A stretch of DNA of 45,965 nucleotides, from contig CP060770.1 in assembly GCA_023205875.1 (NCBI GenBank), forward strand, positions 434,001-479,965, written 5' to 3'. A model generated the notes under the pieces. The model was not told where the DNA came from. It did no database searches and was given only the letters and a program-made list of their open reading frames with translations. Source of the stretch: Chloropicon primus (lineage: Eukaryota). Positions 40,994 through 45,965 of this stretch are shown one piece after another. The translations under genes were made by a program, and so were the position numbers. Numbering within the stretch: the first letter of the stretch is position 1; each line of letters begins with the position of its first letter.

Positions 40994-43714
40994 TCAATGC
41001 GCTTTCATCAGATCGCAAGTCTCCAGCACAGTCTTGCACTTGGATTCCTTGAAAGTGGTGTTGGTCATCCTCGGAGGGAGTGGCCACCGCCTGTGCTTCA
41101 CCTCGATCGGATCGCAAAGCCCGTAGTCATCCATCAAAAACGGCTTGGCCTCGCACGACCTGTCGTAAAGGAACTCCTGCGGGCTGCCATAGTCCAGGAC
41201 GTTGTCGCACACGGTGTTGTACATCATTTGCAGGACCCACTGGGTGGCAAAGGAAGGCATGACGTAGACGTGCTCCGTCTCCTTGGAGCTCCCAAGCGCC
41301 TTTCTCAAGACCTCGTCCGTCTTGATCAAGTGCACCGGGTAGTCCTTCATGTTGACCTTGCCCCAGACCGCCTCGATCATGGCGCCGTAGACCGCCGCCT
41401 CGGAGGGCAGCGCCGACATGACGAAGCACTGGGCCCCCGGCCTCTTGCACGCGACCCTCGAGTTCTTGATGAAGTTGATGAAGTCCAAGTGAGTCTCTTC
41501 CTTCCTCTCCTCCTCGATCTCTTTGGTGGGCTCGGTGGGCACCCAGCAGTAGTCTGCGTCCTCCATGCACATGGAATTGATCTCAAAGGAGGGCAGCTGG
41601 GCGTAGAACATCAGACCGGCCTCCCTCCACGTGGGCTGCTGGCCCGCCAGCCACATCACGTCCCCCGCGTTGCTCCAGTAGTGACCCACCACAATGGTGA
41701 CCCGAGTCAGGCCACCGCGACCCCCCGAGGAGGGTCCCAGTGCCGGCGCCGCCTCCAAGAATTCCTTGTAAGCATCCATCTGCTTGTCCGTGAACTTGGT
41801 CGTGGAGTGGGGGTTGCCCTTCACCCCGCAGCAGCCGTAGACTCTGGAGAACAGGGACTTGTCCATGTCCAGGAAGGTCTGGTTGAAGTACACCACCGAG
41901 CCCTTGGCCGAGTCGATCACCAGGTCGTACGCCTGCCCGAATTGAATCCTGTACCCGTTGTCCTGGTGCCCTCCCGCCGTCTTCATGAAGAAGCCCGGCA
42001 CGAGCGTGCTGACCAGAGAGGCGTACGTGTTAAAGGCGTTCTGACCCCCAGCAAAGACGGCCCACTTGCTCCCCATGCAAGTCTTCGCCTCGTCCCTCGA
42101 GAACCTGTGGTAGTAACACTCCTCGTCCTCCATCCTCGGCAGGAAGACTTTGGAGGCGGTGGCCGAGCCCCCCATCGCAGGCCTCGTGGGAAGGTCGATG
42201 AACTTCCCGTCCGTGACCGGCTTGGAGCACCGCCTCAGGTTGGCCTGGCCCAAAAAGTCCTTGGCCGTGCTCGAGGAGACCGATCCCGATTCGACCGTGC
42301 TCCCGTTGCTGGAGTAGGACGTGACGTCCTTCCTGGCCTTTGTTTTCCTTTGCCCCCTCTTCTTCTTCTTGCTCTTGCACTCGGGGTTGATCTCCTCGTC
42401 CCACTTGTGGACCTCCACCCTCTTGAGGCCGCAGTCCGCGATCACGTGGCCCGTGGACCCGTGCTTGTACGCCACCTCGCACAAGTCAAGGACGGAGCAC
42501 GAGTCCGCGAAGAGGCTCAGGACCACGTGGTGGATTGGAGCGTCCCCCCACCTGTGCTTGTAGATGTTACCGCTGCTCTCGATGTCCCCCAGGAAGTCCC
42601 GCACGTGAGGCTGGTTCCAGAAGCTCAGCCTCGTGATGAACATGTTGGTGAAAAAGATGCTGTTGGCAAGGTTGTACAAGGCGGTCTGGTTCCTGTTGTA
42701 GACCTCATTGACGTGCCTGTGGTACGACTTCGTGCCCGTCGGGGAGAACACGCTGTGGAGGAGCCAAAGGCCAAACGTCTCCTTGGTCTCCGCGTGCCAC
42801 TCAGGAAGCTCCGCGGGGTAACCATAAATCGCGTCCTTGGCCTGAAGCATCTCGAAGAGGTCCCCGTCCCCGTTCGACAGGGGGACGTTGTCGTCGTCCA
42901 TCCTCAGCACGTACTCGTACCCGAGCTCCTCCTCCAGGTAGGGAAAGATGAGCACCGAGAACAGCCGGCACATATGCATGTACCCAAGGTTCCTCGTCTC
43001 GCTCGGGAAGGCGTACTTGACGCCAAACCCGTTGTCCTCCGTGCCCTCGGGGAACTTGAAAGCCCCGGGAATGTTGTCCACGGACACGCACCTCACCCTC
43101 CCCGCACCTCCTTTCCCCTTGAAGGGCTCCTCCAAGTCCCTCGGGCAAGCCTCCACGTAGTCGGCCTCGTGCAGTATGATGTGGTCGTAGTCCCTGAGCC
43201 AAGGCCACGCTGCCCTGTACTCTCTCATCCAGTCCAAGATCTTGCTCACCTCGCAGGCGTTCTCCGGCGTCCTCAGCAAGGTCACAGTGGCCGCCCTCAG
43301 CCTCCCGTCCTCCCCCCTCTGCGGCTTCCTTCCCAGCGGCCGCACCCCAAGGGCGCCAGCCCCTTCCCCTGCTCCAAGCTCAACCCCTTGACTCTGGTGC
43401 AGCAGCCTCCTCTCCGCGGTGCAGCCCAGCACCTGCTTGAAGTTGGTCACCTTGGGATAGTACTTGATGGTGTGGTGGTAGGTCCACAGGCTGCACACGC
43501 CCAGGGCCAGGGTGTACACGAGGTACGCCGCCAGGGCCGCCAACACAAGTCTCACCCAAGGTCGCCTCCACCCATTCCGGCCACCAAGAAAGCTGCTGCT
43601 GTACTTTCCCTTACCGAGCAAAGGTCCCGTCTTGCTCCGAAGCCTGCACAAGCCATCGAGCACTCGGCAAGGCCGAAAGAACCTCTTCCTCTGCTTCGTC
43701 GAACCCACGTACAT
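40994..43714 (-). CDS. Type II membrane glycosyltransferase family 15 (KRE2/MNT1-like mannosyltransferase) fused to a second C-terminal domain
   Basis: N-terminal TM LVLAALAAYLVYTLALGV; GYMHMCRLFS, YEYVLRMDDD, FFTNMFITRLSFW, SGNIYKHRWGDAPIH. First ATG is 43714. TGTAA on the minus strand at 40904-40908. Confidence 0.85.
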   Translation of the reverse strand: MYVGSTKQRKRFFRPCRVLDGLCRLRSKTGPLLGKGKYSSSFLGGRNGWRRPWVRLVLAALAAYLVYTLALGVCSLWTYHHTIKYYPKVTNFKQVLGCTAERRLLHQSQGVELGAGEGAGALGVRPLGRKPQRGEDGRLRAATVTLLRTPENACEVSKILDWMREYRAAWPWLRDYDHIILHEADYVEACPRDLEEPFKGKGGAGRVRCVSVDNIPGAFKFPEGTEDNGFGVKYAFPSETRNLGYMHMCRLFSVLIFPYLEEELGYEYVLRMDDDNVPLSNGDGDLFEMLQAKDAIYGYPAELPEWHAETKETFGLWLLHSVFSPTGTKSYHRHVNEVYNRNQTALYNLANSIFFTNMFITRLSFWNQPHVRDFLGDIESSGNIYKHRWGDAPIHHVVLSLFADSCSVLDLCEVAYKHGSTGHVIADCGLKRVEVHKWDEEINPECKSKKKKRGQRKTKARKDVTSYSSNGSTVESGSVSSSTAKDFLGQANLRRCSKPVTDGKFIDLPTRPAMGGSATASKVFLPRMEDEECYYHRFSRDEAKTCMGSKWAVFAGGQNAFNTYASLVSTLVPGFFMKTAGGHQDNGYRIQFGQAYDLVIDSAKGSVVYFNQTFLDMDKSLFSRVYGCCGVKGNPHSTTKFTDKQMDAYKEFLEAAPALGPSSGGRGGLTRVTIVVGHYWSNAGDVMWLAGQQPTWREAGLMFYAQLPSFEINSMCMEDADYCWVPTEPTKEIEEERKEETHLDFINFIKNSRVACKRPGAQCFVMSALPSEAAVYGAMIEAVWGKVNMKDYPVHLIKTDEVLRKALGSSKETEHVYVMPSFATQWVLQMMYNTVCDNVLDYGSPQEFLYDRSCEAKPFLMDDYGLCDPIEVKHRRWPLPPRMTNTTFKESKCKTVLETCDLMKAH

Positions 43715-45401
43715 GAATACGAGAGCCAAACCAACCCGCCACCACAAAAAGATCTTAAGATCTTGGTCTTGTGCTGGTGTTGATAACGACTCGAGAGAGT
43801 CTGAGTCTGAGTCTTCGCTTGTTCAGGACAACGGCCTGACGAAACCTAAGCGGTACCTTCCCCTTCCCACAGGCCTTGGCCTCCCCTGCCTTGCCTCACA
43901 CACCTGGCCTGCCTGAGGTTGGCCAAAGGAGGAGAGAAACCCTCCCAATACAATACAATACAACACACGACGATAGACACACGATAGAAAGGATACACAG
44001 CGTGAGGTCAGGTGAGGTCAGGTGAGGTTTGGTTTGGTTTGGGTAACACAAAGTCCTTGCCTTGCACCTCTCTCTCTCTCTCTCTCTGTCTGCCTATCTG
44101 TCTGTCTATCTCTCTATCGTGTGTGCGGTGTGTGTGATACGTATCGTATCGTATCGTTCGTTCTCGTGCCCGGTCGTTAAGGTTGTGCCCTGCCCGGTCG
44201 TCGTCGTGGTTGTCGTGGGTTGCTCGTGCGGTTGGCCCGACGCGACGCGACGGTGATGGACGCCTTGTGGACTGACAGAAAGGACAGGAAGGACAAAGAA
44301 ATCATCTGTCTGAAACCATTTGTGGCTCCTGGACGATCCTGAGTTACAACTCCACGACAACAAAGGGAAAGGGAAAGGGAAAGGGAAAGGGAAAGGACGG
44401 AAACAAGCCAAGCCAAAGGAAGACTCTAGAGATACGCTCGGTCGACCGCAGGGAGATCCAACACAGGGCCAGAAGAGGGAGATCCAAAGAGGACAGGACA
44501 GGACAGGACAGGGGAGAAAGGTCATCTTGGGTTGTTATGTTGGTCTTGGATGTGCTTTTGTGTGTTGGGTTCTTATGTCGCTTTTGTGGCATTTCGTGAT
44601 TGGGCTTGGAGAACCTCATTGGGGCGCTGGTGGGGGGACTGTGGAGGAGCTAATGGAGGTCCAGCGGGGAGGCAGATGATTGATTTTGAGGTGTTTTGGG
44701 TCTGTGGGGCCCTAATTGGGGTTATTGGAATGCGTTCGTCTCAGTCGCCTTGCTCCATTGACAATGAGTGGAAGGAGGAGGGGCCGAGCCCAGATAATGT
44801 GTATGTGTGCTCGGGTCCGGGCACTGGCGTCCAGGGGTGAGAGAGGAAAGGTGTTCTTGGGGCAATGCTGGAGTGTGGGAGAGGAGAGGAGGCAAGGAGA
44901 GGTGTGTTATGGGTAGTTGTTCGTGCATTGGATCCTCTTGGTTTGGTACATGCTGACTTGATTGTGTAATGTAGATGTGTATGATACAATTCTGTTGCTG
45001 TTATTGCCCATTTTTGGCCTACTTTTCGGTACGAATAGTGGAGTGACGGATCCAGTTCGTGTCCGATGGTTGTGAAACTTTGTCAGAAGGGGTTTGTATT
45101 TTATATTTGGATACTCCTCTAATATTGTGTATCTTCCCGTCGTCCTTGAGCCTGTAGAGATCCATCTGTCGGACCACTAAAACCCAAACCACAGCCCTCC
45201 ATGGATGATGATGATGTTATGTGAATGGAGTCCGTGATGGAGAGACTTGTTCCGGGTGGAGTGCAATCTAGGGCACCAGAGAATAAAGAGTTTCCATCGT
45301 AAACCTTACCCTGATCCACTCTTCTGCTGGAATCCGTCGTCTTATGCGACCTGGTTTAGGGCCGACTAAAACCCAGATCACACTTAAACCTATACCAGAA
45401 G

Positions 45402-45712
45402 GAAAACTGCGGTAACTTGGAAGCACCACGGAAAGGTTGGATGATGCAACGGTGTCTTTCACTTAGGCTTCTTTTGTTCTCCGGCTCCTTTCCTTGGCCA
45501 GGACTTCCTTCCTTCCTTCCTCGGGCAAACCCTACTCAAGACACTTCGGACCCACGAGAGGGCCTTTTAGGCGTTAGGTTTTGGGACTCCCAAGGCTTTA
45601 GGAAACGCGGTGACTCGGAGGCACCACGGAAAGCTTGGATGATGCAACGGTGTCTTTCTCTTAGGCTTCTTTTGTTCTCCGGCTCCTTTCTTTGGCCAGG
45701 TCGTCCTTCCTT
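45402..45712. repeat. Subtelomeric direct repeat (about 105-bp core, 198-bp period, two copies)
   Basis: GCACCACGGAAAG[G/C]TTGGATGATGCAACGGTGTCTTTC[A/T]CTTAGGCTTCTTTTGTTCTCCGGCTCCTTTC at 45423 and 45621. Confidence 0.9.
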
Positions 45713-45839
45713 AGGTTTAGGCTTGGTGGGTTGTAGGTTGTTAGGTTGTTAGGTTGTTAGGTTGTTAGGTTTTAGGCTTTAGGTTTTTTAGGTTTAGGTT
45801 TTAGGTTTAGGTTTTAGGTTTTAGGTTTTAGGTTTTAGG
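45711..45839 (+). repeat. Proximal telomere: degenerate TTGTTAGG units grading into TTTAGG/TTTTAGG
   Basis: G-rich strand on +, oriented towards the window end as expected for a right chromosome end. Confidence 0.9.
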
Positions 45840-45965
45840 CCCAGGCCTTAGGCCCAGGCCTTAGGCCCAGGCCTTAGGCCCAGGCTTTAGGCCCAGGCCC
45901 AGGCCCAGGCTTTAGGCCTTAGGCCTTTAGGCCCAGGCCTTAGGCCCAGGCCTTTAGGCCTTAGG
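45840..45965 (+). repeat. Terminal variant telomere-like array (CCCAGG, CCTTAGG, CTTTAGG, CCTTTAGG)
   Basis: All units end in AGG and differ from TTTTAGG mainly by T-to-C changes; could be real variants or base-calling error. Confidence 0.7.

Noticed and set aside
26640..44520. Many short intergenic microsatellites (CGGAA, GGGAAT, CCAAG, GAAC, GGATT, TCATCTTCA, GA)
   Set aside because: Common slippage products spread across intergenic DNA with no consistent pattern.
44320..44679. Lys/Gly-rich ORF with a hydrophobic segment in the subtelomere
   Set aside because: No ATG near its start, built from (GGGAAA)n and (GGACA)n microsatellites, and lacks the codon bias of real genes here.
1..45965. 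tRNA, rRNA, transposase, reverse transcriptase or viral core genes
   Set aside because: None recognisable by eye; small ncRNAs cannot be excluded without covariance-model searches.

Overview
Eukaryotic, gene-dense, intron-poor, GC-rich DNA that runs into the right-hand end of a chromosome (telomeric TTTTAGG-type repeats from about 45715). TGTAA poly(A) signals after most genes, a plant-type eIF4B and plastid-type PLR1 and LETM1-like genes point to a green alga. The compactness and the QWARSQDPPCPW ankyrin family suggest a picoplanktonic chlorophyte such as Chloropicon (inference). Gene order: Pierce/FAP182-like axonemal protein; three tandem F-box-like + 29-aa ankyrin-like repeat genes plus a truncated fourth copy; a spliced type I membrane protein; a spliced dual-specificity phosphatase; an arginyl-tRNA synthetase with archaeal-type signatures; a spliced unknown protein; a CCP6/AGBL4-like carboxypeptidase; an unknown helical protein; a 2411-aa repeat protein packed with DDFGAF/DWGNF adaptor-binding motifs; a secreted animal-type multicopper oxidase; a LETM1-like protein; class II fumarase; eIF4B; an acyltransferase-3-like membrane protein; pyridoxal reductase; a GT15 mannosyltransferase fusion; then subtelomere and telomere. 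The best candidate for an undescribed system is the F-box/ankyrin cluster. Its 87-bp modules have a near-constant scaffold and variable residues at the predicted binding face, identical modules are shared between otherwise diverged paralogues, and each gene has the same upstream inverted repeat. All family assignments come from motif recognition by eye; no database searches were run.
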